DNA from: Candidatus Pacearchaeota archaeon
Lineage (GTDB): Archaea > Nanobdellota > Nanobdellia > Pacearchaeales > UBA284
DNA: 50,600 bases
Assembly: GCA_026395795.1 (NCBI GenBank)
Contig: JAPLYB010000036.1
Location: 1 to 50,600, forward strand
Direction of reading: 5' to 3'
In this document: one piece after another, positions 1 through 8,669 of the stretch
How positions within the stretch are numbered: the stretch's first letter is position 1
Layout: the number at the start of each line of letters is the position of its first letter
Notes under the pieces: generated by a model
Told to the model about the DNA's origin: nothing
The model's input: only the letters and a program-made list of their open reading frames with translations
Database searches by the model: none
Made by a program: the position numbers and the translations under genes

Positions 1-315
1 AGTTGCAAATTTATCTTTTGGTGTTCCAATCGCGTGCAAGAAGTATAAATTGGAACACAACAACAATCCGATTGAAAGATATAACGGAAAACTAAAGGAT
101 AGACTAAATGGAATTAGAAAAGGATTTGGCAGTTTTGAAGGGGCAGAGGACTTTATGAATTTACAATGTGTAATTCATAATTTTGTAAATCCCCATCAAG
201 AATTGAAAGATAAAACTCCAGCAGAAATGGCAGGTATCTTTCTGCCATTGGGTAGAAACAAAATCTTAGGATTGGCGAGATATTTGGCTAATATCCCGAC
301 AATCTGACAGTGTCC
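1..315 (+). mobile_element. 3' part of an IS6-family-like insertion sequence (DDE transposase C-terminus, frame open 2..307, plus probable right terminal repeat)
   Basis: NNPIERYNGKLKDR...GF.SFEGA...HNFVNPHQEL..KTPAEMAG resembles archaeal IS6/IS240-type DDE C-termini; CTGACAGTGTCC (304-315) reads GGACACTGTCAG on the minus strand, like IS6-family GG-starting ends; truncated by window edge. Confidence 0.7.
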
Positions 316-427
316 TTTTTTAGGTTTATTATGACAAATAAGAAATCCGAGATTACAACCGCAATCTTCTAAATATCTATTTAATTGTCTTATCTGTGAA
401 ATAGAAATATGCCCCGGTCTCCATGAT

Positions 428-823
428 TTACTTCAACGTAAAATACGGGGGAGTTGTAACTCCGTGAAACAATTGCAAAGTTGCTTGATAATTGGTTTCA
501 TTCAATAAAAAATCATAAAGATTTTGCCATCTTGCAACACCAGGGATTCTTATAATTGGTATCTCTTCAGCTCTTCTCCCAGTAGCGATATCTAGATCGG
601 TATGGCTCGCATGTTGATAAAAAAGAATTAAGACGCCAATATTTCTAGACTTAGAATACAAAGTTTTTCTTCCAGCTCTACGGTTAGACACATGATGATA
701 GCCCGACTTCGCCCCAAAATGGCCCTTTAATAAATCATCAAGTTCGTTTATTGTCCTGTAACCCCCAAGTACGAGAACACTTAATCCATCAAACAATTTC
801 GCCGTATTATCTTCTAACATCAT
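428..823 (-). CDS. hypothetical protein, DUF2325-like alpha/beta domain
   Basis: VLVLGG...VLILFYQHASH...IPIIRI pattern resembles DUF2325 (VxxVGG...xSH...IP). Confidence 0.5.
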   Translation of the reverse strand: MMLEDNTAKLFDGLSVLVLGGYRTINELDDLLKGHFGAKSGYHHVSNRRAGRKTLYSKSRNIGVLILFYQHASHTDLDIATGRRAEEIPIIRIPGVARWQNLYDFLLNETNYQATLQLFHGVTTPPYFTLK

Positions 824-884
824 TTAGGGTAAAGGATCTTCTTTAAAAACATTATCAAAAAAAATAAAAAAATAAAAAGTTAAA

Positions 885-1703
885 TTAGTTATCTGTTTCC
901 GCAAAAGGTTGTCCTTGAGTTTGTTGTCCAGCTACTTTCTTATGCAATCCCGGATTTGGCCACCAGAGCGATTTAGCAGACATTAAATCCATATTCCAAT
1001 CTCCTTTATAACTTCCAGACTCAAGATTCATATCTCCTTTCCATAGTGTTATTGAATCAAACTTTATTCTGTCTAAACTCAATTCTCCAACAACATCCAA
1101 ATTGCTTGTATCTGTAGATGTAATAACCTTTGGTGTTTTGATGATTCCTAGTTTTCTACCTAAACCAACAAAAAACCCTTTCTTCTCATTTGCAGTAGAA
1201 TTATCTGCAAGATTTTGCGGTAGGATGTAAAAAGATATACTGCCGTTGTTTACATCATTCTCATTTTTTTCTAAAAGTCTGTAAGTAACATGTTCTTTTC
1301 CTCTTCCTATAACCAAAATCCCTTGATAAGAGTCAATCTCAGCACTTTTTGGCTTGTAATTCTGCAAAAGTTCTTTTAACTTTTGTCTTAATACTGCAGG
1401 ATCACCCTTATACTGTTCTTTCAAATTCTTTGCTTCTTCAAGAATGCTTGCATTGAATGTAGTTGTTCTTACTTTTCCAATCCACATTCTTATATGCCTT
1501 GCATCACTTCCATCTGTCTTCTCAGCATACCCTATTAAAGCGCCAACAGGCCCTATAACACTAAGACTTTGCTCTATCTCTGCCTGATTTAAATCAGAAT
1601 TATCCACTGCTAGATCGGTTACATCTTCTGCAAGAACGAATGCTCCTGCGAAAATTGAAACAATCATCAAAGTCAACAAGCTTACCATTAAAATAGTCTT
1701 CAT
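885..1703 (-). CDS. secreted/surface hypothetical protein with signal peptide
   Basis: MKTILMVSLLTLMIVSIFAGAFVLA signal peptide; second ATG (1703) has a G-rich SD-like run upstream. Confidence 0.65.
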   Translation of the reverse strand: MKTILMVSLLTLMIVSIFAGAFVLAEDVTDLAVDNSDLNQAEIEQSLSVIGPVGALIGYAEKTDGSDARHIRMWIGKVRTTTFNASILEEAKNLKEQYKGDPAVLRQKLKELLQNYKPKSAEIDSYQGILVIGRGKEHVTYRLLEKNENDVNNGSISFYILPQNLADNSTANEKKGFFVGLGRKLGIIKTPKVITSTDTSNLDVVGELSLDRIKFDSITLWKGDMNLESGSYKGDWNMDLMSAKSLWWPNPGLHKKVAGQQTQGQPFAETDN

Positions 1704-1768
1704 TCTATTCAAACCCCCTTTCAAATTGTTTTTCATGTTTTAAATTAAAGTTGTTTTTTATGCTTGAT

Positions 1769-1858
1769 TTACATGTTCTTCTTAATCTGTACAAACAAAA
1801 AATACATCGATATGATGCTGAAAAATTCTTTGATTTTTTCTTGTATTTTTTTAACCAT
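1769..1858 (-). CDS. putative 29-aa microprotein MVKKIQEKIKEFFSIISMYFLFVQIKKNM
   Basis: manually translated; GGAGG SD about 10 nt upstream of ATG; co-oriented with neighbours. Confidence 0.45.
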   Translation of the reverse strand: MVKKIQEKIKEFFSIISMYFLFVQIKKNM

Positions 1859-1915
1859 TTTATTCTATCCTCCAATCATAGAAAATCAGAAAGAAAGAAT
1901 CTATTTAGTTTCTGG

Positions 1916-1935
1916 GTGGAACAAAAGTGGAACAA
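1916..1935. promoter_or_regulatory. candidate operator: direct repeat GTGGAACAA x2 with 11-bp period just downstream of a minus-strand TATA box (TTTAAA 1948-1953)
   Basis: exact 9-nt repeats at 1916-1924 and 1927-1935; adjacent to a wHTH regulator gene. Confidence 0.4.
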
Positions 1936-1957
1936 TAATAAGACAAACTTTAAATTT

Positions 1958-2740
1958 TTATCTCACAATAAGTTTAACAACATTCAATTTTCCGCTTCCT
2001 TCCTTAATTATAATTCCTTTTTTAGCAAGATTGCTCAAATGTCTTGAAAAAGAAGCTTTTGGGATCTCACTCAACTTCTGCAATCTTCCTTGAGTACTTC
2101 TTCTGCCTTCTTTAATCAAGATATCAATTATTAAATTTTCTCTTTGATTAAGTATCCTACGAATGCTAGCTAATTTACTTTCCTTTTTTTTAATAACTCT
2201 TTTCACAAGAACTTCTTTCTTTCCTTTCCTAGTTCTTAAAAATAAGATAATTACTGCAGCAATCAACAGAATAAGAATCACAATGACAATCACATTCATC
2301 CAATTAACTTGTACTGGAATATCTTCCAGCGTATAAACTAAATTCACATTCAACCCGTCTTTTCCTGAAAATTCTAAAACAAGCAATCCCTGATCAGAGC
2401 TTATTACAGGAGTTCCAGAATAGGAAAGAAGTTTTGCAGTAACAGGAAGGCTTATCCTGACATAATAGTCATCATAAAGCTGGCTAGAATTTAAGTTAAA
2501 AATCCAATTTGCTCCTTGTTTTATTGTTAAATCCTGAGTAAATCCAGAGAGAGATTTGTTTTCAAAATCAATTCCTGCAATATCCGGATTTGCATCAGCA
2601 ATCCCTAGAACAATTGCCCCACCTTGATTATCTAAAACCACGTTAAGAGAAAGTTCTTGTGCGTTTATACAAGAACTAAAAAAGATGATTCCAATCAATA
2701 CTATACCAAACAACCCTAAAGATTTATTCCAACCCACCAT
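1958..2740 (-). CDS. membrane-anchored transcriptional regulator (signal peptide, extracellular domain, TM helix, C-terminal winged HTH; COG2512-like)
   Basis: TM WMNVIVIVILILLIAAVIILFL; C-term TQGRLQKLSEIPKASFSRHLSNLAKKGIIIKEGSGKLNVV. Confidence 0.8.
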   Translation of the reverse strand: MVGWNKSLGLFGIVLIGIIFFSSCINAQELSLNVVLDNQGGAIVLGIADANPDIAGIDFENKSLSGFTQDLTIKQGANWIFNLNSSQLYDDYYVRISLPVTAKLLSYSGTPVISSDQGLLVLEFSGKDGLNVNLVYTLEDIPVQVNWMNVIVIVILILLIAAVIILFLRTRKGKKEVLVKRVIKKKESKLASIRRILNQRENLIIDILIKEGRRSTQGRLQKLSEIPKASFSRHLSNLAKKGIIIKEGSGKLNVVKLIVR

Positions 2741-2751
2741 TTTACCTCTTT

Positions 2752-3126
2752 TTAAATTATTCTCAAATTAAGCTCTTTTGCCTTCTCTATACTAATTGCA
2801 AAATTCTTTCCAGTATCTTCAAGGTGCTCTGGTTTGACAAAAAGCCATTCTGTTCTTAAAAACTTAAACGCAAGTATTGGTTGAACACCAAATTTTTTAG
2901 CAAAATGTACAAAATCAGTCATTTGCTCTTTGGTTATGTATCTCCTTTTATCTCTTGATGTTTTAACTTCAATAGCATAAGACTGTTCTCCATTTCCAGC
3001 TAATAAATCACATGAAGGTTCTGGCATGCATCCAGAGCCAGCAACTCGAACAACAGCAAATTCTCTATCCCAAAGTAAATGAAACAATTCCCTTTCAGCT
3101 GCAATCCCCTTTTTTTTGTTTCCCAT
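2752..3126 (-). CDS. hjc: archaeal Holliday junction resolvase
   Basis: KGIAAEREL...RVAGSG...DLLAG...AIEVK motifs. Confidence 0.93.
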   Translation of the reverse strand: MGNKKKGIAAERELFHLLWDREFAVVRVAGSGCMPEPSCDLLAGNGEQSYAIEVKTSRDKRRYITKEQMTDFVHFAKKFGVQPILAFKFLRTEWLFVKPEHLEDTGKNFAISIEKAKELNLRII

Positions 3127-3181
3127 TTTTATGTATATTACAAAACAGTAATGTATTTAAAACTTTTTTCATGTAAATAAA

Positions 3182-3416
3182 ATGGATAAAACTGAACTAG
3201 CTACAATCTATTTTGGTTCACGCCTGGGATAACCTCGATTCAAATCCACAATTTTCTTTAGCTTGCACAGATAATATAATTGCGTATTATGCTGAGGCAG
3301 AAAGAAAGGGTAATTTTGAAGAACTAGAAGCAATAAAACCATTGTATGAGGAAGCGCTAACTCTTAGAGATATTGTTCAAATCCCAAAAACGTGCTTAGA
3401 ATTGTTGCTCGCCTAG
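3182..3416 (+). pseudogene. small hypothetical gene probably split by a 1-nt frameshift
   Basis: TATA at ~3156 and ATG 3182 (MDKTELATIY) join the 3213..3416 frame if one T of TTTT 3211-3214 is removed. Confidence 0.4.
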
Positions 3417-3577
3417 ACATCCTGCGGCAGAATCGTGGTCCTATGATTTGCTTTTGCTCTTTCCTCTGCTTTCTTTAGAATTTCTTCAATTTTCTTATTA
3501 AGTGCTTCTGGCAGATCAACAGAAACTCTCAGTTTCACAACTTCTTTTATCTTATTTTTAACAATTAAGTCTGCCAT
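3413..3577 (-). CDS. minimal histone-fold protein, 54 aa, truncated alpha3 (DUF1931-like)
   Basis: manual translation MADLIVKNKIKEVVKLRVSVDLPEALNKKIEEILKKAEERAKANHRTTILPQDV; RVS loop 1 and RxTxxxxD loop 2 signatures. Confidence 0.88.
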   Translation of the reverse strand: MADLIVKNKIKEVVKLRVSVDLPEALNKKIEEILKKAEERAKANHRTTILPQDV

Positions 3578-3660
3578 CTTCTTCCTTTTCAAATTAAGCG
3601 AATATATTAAAAAATAAAATGCCCGAAAATCTCCTGATTTTCGAGGGAATTAAATTAAAA

Positions 3661-3825
3661 TTAACATTGGGGTTTGTTTTTTCCAACAATCTTGAACATG
3701 TTGGTTCCACATTCCACGCATTTTCCTGTTACAGCCCAAGTTCCTGGCTTGATCTCTCTTGGAGCAGGGTCTTTCATTTTTCTTTTGTCCTTGCACTTCA
3801 TGCATCTTCCTTCAAATTCTACCAT
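3661..3825 (-). CDS. DUF5679-like small Zn-ribbon protein, 54 aa
   Basis: manual translation MVEFEGRCMKCKDKRKMKDPAPREIKPGTWAVTGKCVECGTNMFKIVGKNKPQC; two CxxC knuckles; AGGAGG SD. Confidence 0.82.
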   Translation of the reverse strand: MVEFEGRCMKCKDKRKMKDPAPREIKPGTWAVTGKCVECGTNMFKIVGKNKPQC

Positions 3826-3985
3826 TTTTTGTTTTTCCTCCTTTGAGTTTAGTAAATCAATGATTATCAGCTAAATCTTTTAGCGACGATGGAATTAGAA
3901 TGTCTTAGTTTATAAAGCTTGCTAAAGCACATTTATAGAAAATAAAAATCTCAATATAATGGACATATGATTAACCATAACTAAC

Positions 3986-4825
3986 TTACTTCGTTTTTGT
4001 TACCTTACTAAGTATTTTTCCATGGTCCATAACATTATCCAACTTAACTTCTACCAAGCAACCGAAATCTCCTTGTCCCCCCACCCAATGCGTTTTTGCA
4101 AAAGAATAATCACAGTGATGACAAACAGAAGAACATATTCTATCAGTTTCATCAAAGCGATTAAGGTGTCTTCTGCCTTCCAAATCCGATTCACAACGGC
4201 CAATATTCACATAAACCGAGGCAGTTGAAATCCCCACTCTCTTTCCTTTAAAATGAAAATCAGCAGGGTCTATCACTAAATTTTTTTCTTGCAGTTCTCG
4301 TCCAGACATGTCCTTTAATGACAAAACCAAGCCATATTCTGAATCTCCTGGAACTAACTTCAAAGCCTTCAAGTAAATTAACTTTCCTCCACAAATGCTA
4401 ATCCCTCTTAACCCAAGCTCTCTACACAATTCTTCTGGAATTCGACCATTACCCCTATAAGCATCAGGAGTAGGGTTTAGAACAACCCCAAATCTAAATG
4501 TAAACGCTCCATTAAAGTCCGTCCCTCTATACATTTCATCTATTAATACATCTAAATTATTATTTCCTTTCATATTTTCTGGAGCAACTTTTGCAGGAAC
4601 TAATTTCGGGAAAGCCATATAAAAGCAAACATTGGACAGTAAAGAAGTTTTACCGAAATCACCATCAACGCTTCTTGGCTCTCTCAATATCTGTAGCGCT
4701 TTTTTTGAAAAACCCTGTCCAGATAGAGAATTAACATAGGCCTTATAATCCGGCAGTCTGTCAGCATTTTCCATAACGAGTGTTCCGATCTGCTTTTTTT
4801 CATAAAGAGGCATTTGCTTTGGCAT
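3986..4825 (-). CDS. hypothetical protein
   Basis: 279-aa ORF with TATA ~25 nt upstream; no recognised motif. Confidence 0.55.
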   Translation of the reverse strand: MPKQMPLYEKKQIGTLVMENADRLPDYKAYVNSLSGQGFSKKALQILREPRSVDGDFGKTSLLSNVCFYMAFPKLVPAKVAPENMKGNNNLDVLIDEMYRGTDFNGAFTFRFGVVLNPTPDAYRGNGRIPEELCRELGLRGISICGGKLIYLKALKLVPGDSEYGLVLSLKDMSGRELQEKNLVIDPADFHFKGKRVGISTASVYVNIGRCESDLEGRRHLNRFDETDRICSSVCHHCDYSFAKTHWVGGQGDFGCLVEVKLDNVMDHGKILSKVTKTK

Positions 4826-4888
4826 GATTTCTAAATACCTAGAAACTTTTTAAACCTTTCGTCAATGTCATTCTAGAATTAATATTAA

Positions 4889-6373
4889 TTAAGATTTCTC
4901 TTCACCAATCTTTTTCTCTTCTAAATTTTTCATGAATGGAAAGAAGATAACATCTCTTATTGATGGGGAATTTGTTAATAACATAACAATCCTGTCCACC
5001 CCAATCCCGATTCCTCCTGTTGGGGGCATGCCGTGTTCCATGGCATTCAAAAAATCATTATCAACATCGCTAGTCCAAGGCTCTTCTTCATTCTTTCTTT
5101 CTCTAACTTGCTCTTCAAGTAATTTTCTTTGTAAAAGAGGATCGTTTAATTCAGAATAAGCATTTCCGAGTTCCATACCACAGCAAGTTGGTTCAAATCT
5201 TTCAATTAAAGCAGGATTCTCTCTATGAATCTTGCATAAAGGACAGGTTTCTTTAGGATAATCTATAACAATTGTTGGTTCAACTATCTTTTTGGCAAAT
5301 GTTTCAAATAATTCATTGATTAACTCTCCTCTTGGAGATTTTTTACTCACTTTATCTGGAGCGTATTTTTCAGCTATTTTGAATAATTCATCATCAGACA
5401 TTTTTTCCACATTTATATCAAAATTTTCATTGATAGCATCATGCATAGTTACTCTTCTCCACTTTCCGAAATCAATTTTATTTCCCTGATATTCAAACTT
5501 GGTTGTTCCAAGAATCTTTTTAGCAACAAAAGCCATCATTTCTTCAAATAAGTCTGCAACTCCATCCCGGTCAATATACGCTTCATAAGATTCAAGCATA
5601 GTAAACTCAGGATTATGCTGCATGTCAACTGATTCGTTTCTAAAGTTCTTGCATATAGTATAAACTTTTTCAAATCCACCGACTAATAATCTCTTTAAAT
5701 AAAGTTCAGGAGAAACTCCCAAGTATATATCCATATCCAAATCATTGAGGTGTGTTTCAAATGGTTTTGCAGCTGCTCCGCCATAAATGGGCTGCAAGAT
5801 CGGGGTTTCAACTTCAAGGTAACCTTTAGAATTTAAAAATTCCTTAATCGCTTGGATTATCTTTGTTCTTGTAATAAAAACTTCTTTAACTTTCGGATTT
5901 GCAATTAGATCAAGATATCTTTTTCTGTATCTCTCTTCCACATCTTGCAATCCATGAAATTTTTCAGGTAAAGGCAAGATTGCTTTTGTTAAGATGGTGG
6001 ATTTTGTAACAAAAACAGAAAGCTCTCCTCTTTTTGTCCTGAAGATAGTCCCTTCAACACCAATAAAATCTCCTGCATCAATATTTTTTATTTCACTTGA
6101 GATTTTATCTTTAAACACAAGCTGGATTTTTCCAGATCCATCTTGTAAAGAAATAAAATTAATCCGGCCCATATCTCTCACAGACATGACTCTTCCGCAA
6201 ACACTGACTTTTGTTTTATCCTCTCCCTCATTTTTAAGATCTTTGAATTTTTCTTGCAATTCCTGAGCGAGATGAGTTCTGTTATAACTATAAGGATAAG
6301 GATTAATTCCCTTTTTTCTAAGCTCCTCGATTTTCTTGAGTCTTTCTTTTACAATCTCATCTTCACGTGTCAT
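4889..6373 (-). CDS. lysS: lysyl-tRNA synthetase, class II
   Basis: OB-fold N-term, RYRKRYLDL, FRNE motif 2, HNPEFTMLE, GMPPTGGIGIGVDR motif 3. Confidence 0.97.
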   Translation of the reverse strand: MTREDEIVKERLKKIEELRKKGINPYPYSYNRTHLAQELQEKFKDLKNEGEDKTKVSVCGRVMSVRDMGRINFISLQDGSGKIQLVFKDKISSEIKNIDAGDFIGVEGTIFRTKRGELSVFVTKSTILTKAILPLPEKFHGLQDVEERYRKRYLDLIANPKVKEVFITRTKIIQAIKEFLNSKGYLEVETPILQPIYGGAAAKPFETHLNDLDMDIYLGVSPELYLKRLLVGGFEKVYTICKNFRNESVDMQHNPEFTMLESYEAYIDRDGVADLFEEMMAFVAKKILGTTKFEYQGNKIDFGKWRRVTMHDAINENFDINVEKMSDDELFKIAEKYAPDKVSKKSPRGELINELFETFAKKIVEPTIVIDYPKETCPLCKIHRENPALIERFEPTCCGMELGNAYSELNDPLLQRKLLEEQVRERKNEEEPWTSDVDNDFLNAMEHGMPPTGGIGIGVDRIVMLLTNSPSIRDVIFFPFMKNLEEKKIGEEKS

Positions 6374-6411
6374 AAAAACCTAAAATAGACTTGATTTAAA
6401 TATGTTTTGAA

Positions 6412-6996
6412 TTAATTTGCTCTTAGATCCAATTCATTCTGCAAAATCGTCAAGCTCTGACTTGCAAAATACATAACTTTTCCTAAAGAAATCATCTTAG
6501 CAATTTTTTCAATCTCTTTCTTCTCTTGCTTGGGGATTCCTTCATGATCTCCTAAAACAAAAACAGCTTCTTTTAAATCTGATTTAACATTTCTTAAACT
6601 CTCTCCCTTCAAATCCAACAAATAAATCTCTTTGCCTTCTTTTTTTAAATCATTCACAACCTCAAGAAAGTTTTTTCTTTCAATAAAACAAGAATCAAAT
6701 ACTTCTGTTCTCTGCCCTCTCTTATATTTGTACAACATTTTCTTAATCAAACCAGCAACATCCTTCTTAGAAACAAACTCTTTGTTCTTTTCATTTATTT
6801 CAAGAATAATATGTCTTGGAGGATCAGGTTGTCCATAAAATATCAAATGAAGTCTAACTTCTGGTCTGATGGCATTTGAAACAAAAAAACTATTAATAAC
6901 AAAATGGCATACAATATCCATTCTCCCAGCATCTTTCAAATCTTTAAAGTTTCCTGTTGTGCTTGCTTTAGATGAAAAATAAATAAATTCCCTCAT
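6412..6996 (-). CDS. trmY: tRNA (pseudouridine54-N1)-methyltransferase (SPOUT)
   Basis: GRMDIVC...S.AIR, FVLGDHEG, ISLG..Y.ASQ.....NELD. Confidence 0.9.
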   Translation of the reverse strand: MREFIYFSSKASTTGNFKDLKDAGRMDIVCHFVINSFFVSNAIRPEVRLHLIFYGQPDPPRHIILEINEKNKEFVSKKDVAGLIKKMLYKYKRGQRTEVFDSCFIERKNFLEVVNDLKKEGKEIYLLDLKGESLRNVKSDLKEAVFVLGDHEGIPKQEKKEIEKIAKMISLGKVMYFASQSLTILQNELDLRAN

Positions 6997-7037
6997 AATT
7001 AAGAATATCGAATAAGATATTTAAATGTTAATAAAAT

Positions 7038-7907
7038 TCAATTGCAAGATTCACATGTGCTACATTTCCCCTTGAAACCAACTTCTTTCAACATTTTACA
7101 AGCTTTGCATATTTCATTCCTTGAAGGCTCGCCACATAATTTGCAATATTTCAAATCCTTTCCAACAGTCTTCCTAAGATCTTTTTGTATAATCAAGAAG
7201 TTTTTAACAAGATTCTCCTTCACACAAGAACTAATTTTTTCAAGTTCATCAAGTTTTCTTCTAATTTCATGCCTAAACGCTCCAACAACGCAAGGACACC
7301 TTTGATAAAGTACTGGAAATTTTTTCTCTCTTGAATAAATTTCAACATCTTTCTCTTTCATAAAATACAATGGCTTGATTCTCGCAACAAATTTTCTATC
7401 TTGTATTGACCCGGTTAATGGACCGAGATTAACTCCAATCATCGGATTTCCTTTCATTAAATTCATAAGAACATTTTGAGCTTCATCATCAAGATTATGC
7501 CCCGTTACAAGTTTGTTTGCTCCAATTTCTCGAGCTTTTTTGTTTAAAATCCATCTTCTTATTATCCCGCACACAGTACATTGCTTAAGTTTTTGTTTAT
7601 TCTGTAAAACACTCTTGACATAACACATTGCATATCCTATTTCATCTCTTATACTATAAACATACAAAGGGATTTTATATTGTGAACAAAATTTTCGTAC
7701 ATCTTCTTCATTCTCATCACTCCATTTTCCCATAAGGAGATTAATATGTATCGCATGAACATTATATCCGAATTTTTTAAGCAAAAAAGCAACAACTGTC
7801 GAATCTTTTCCTCCAGACATAGCCACAAAGATCTTATCTTTCTTTTTACAAAGACCATACTTTTTGATAGTCTGCCTTATTTTTGACTCAAATTGCTTTT
7901 GATTCAT
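7038..7907 (-). CDS. ncsA: tRNA 2-thiolation protein (TtuA/Ncs6 family, TIGR00269-like)
   Basis: PP-loop SGGKDS, CxxC, TGHNLDDEAQ, CP, C-terminal Zn finger. Confidence 0.88.
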   Translation of the reverse strand: MNQKQFESKIRQTIKKYGLCKKKDKIFVAMSGGKDSTVVAFLLKKFGYNVHAIHINLLMGKWSDENEEDVRKFCSQYKIPLYVYSIRDEIGYAMCYVKSVLQNKQKLKQCTVCGIIRRWILNKKAREIGANKLVTGHNLDDEAQNVLMNLMKGNPMIGVNLGPLTGSIQDRKFVARIKPLYFMKEKDVEIYSREKKFPVLYQRCPCVVGAFRHEIRRKLDELEKISSCVKENLVKNFLIIQKDLRKTVGKDLKYCKLCGEPSRNEICKACKMLKEVGFKGKCSTCESCN

Positions 7908-8316
7908 TTTTAAAAGTTTTTATGATTTCTTTAGTCGTAAAAATTCTAACAGCTTTCTGCTTTTTAAAATGTTTATCATCACTCCAGACAGGACAATTAA
8001 AAGCAAGAGCTGTTGCTATGAACTGAACATCATTTGGATCTATTTTACTGATTATCTGTATAGCTTTTTCTTTATATGCTCTAGAAAAATATGCAGGGAT
8101 TATCTTCACATATTTTACTAATCTCAGGAATAACACATCAAACTCCCTTTCAGTCAAACCAGTTTTTCTGATTATCTCCTCTTTATGATTTTTTATCTCC
8201 TCGAATTCAAATTCTGGAAAAAGAAAATTCATTTTAAAATTAGTTAGAATCTCTCTGCAGATACCCTCTTTTATTAAAGCAGAAATAAATATGTTGGTAT
8301 CAATTACTATATTCAT
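7888..8316 (-). CDS. vapC: PIN-domain toxin (VapC-like)
   Basis: MNIVIDTNIFISAL...DPND..FIA.AL....VWSDDKHF. Confidence 0.88.
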   Translation of the reverse strand: MNIVIDTNIFISALIKEGICREILTNFKMNFLFPEFEFEEIKNHKEEIIRKTGLTEREFDVLFLRLVKYVKIIPAYFSRAYKEKAIQIISKIDPNDVQFIATALAFNCPVWSDDKHFKKQKAVRIFTTKEIIKTFKNESKAI

Positions 8317-8530
8317 TAAATCTTTTAGCTGCCGCACTTTTTATTTTTTTGCTTATCTCTTCAACATCTTTTTTTGTCAATTTGCTCTTTGAAGCCATTC
8401 TATTCATAACTTCCAGATCTTCAATTCTCTGTTCAATAGCATTTCTAGCTACTTCTGCCCATCTTATGTCTGAAAATCCTTTCATCTTTTTATGCAATTC
8501 CTCTGGAATTGCTAAGGTCATGTTTACCAT
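8300..8530 (-). CDS. ribbon-helix-helix antitoxin (VapB-like)
   Basis: MVNMTLAIPEELHKKMK...IRWAEVARNAIE RHH; overlaps the PIN gene. Confidence 0.82.
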   Translation of the reverse strand: MVNMTLAIPEELHKKMKGFSDIRWAEVARNAIEQRIEDLEVMNRMASKSKLTKKDVEEISKKIKSAAAKRFNEYSN

Positions 8531-8669
8531 TTGTCTTTGTTCCTTTATTTAAATTTATTTACTTATGTTACTTATTTAAGTATAATAAGGTATTTAAACC
8601 TTTCTGAAACATTTTTAAATTCCTTTACCCTAAACAATCATAAAAAAGAGGCAGAAAGAGGCAAAGAAA

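Noticed and set aside
3619-3874. Two plus-strand ORFs in the track
   Set aside because: Antisense to the Zn-ribbon gene, which has a clear SD and CxxC motifs
4889-6373. Class II LysRS as a novelty in an archaeon
   Set aside because: Class II LysRS is already known in several archaeal lineages; nothing else unusual in the sequence
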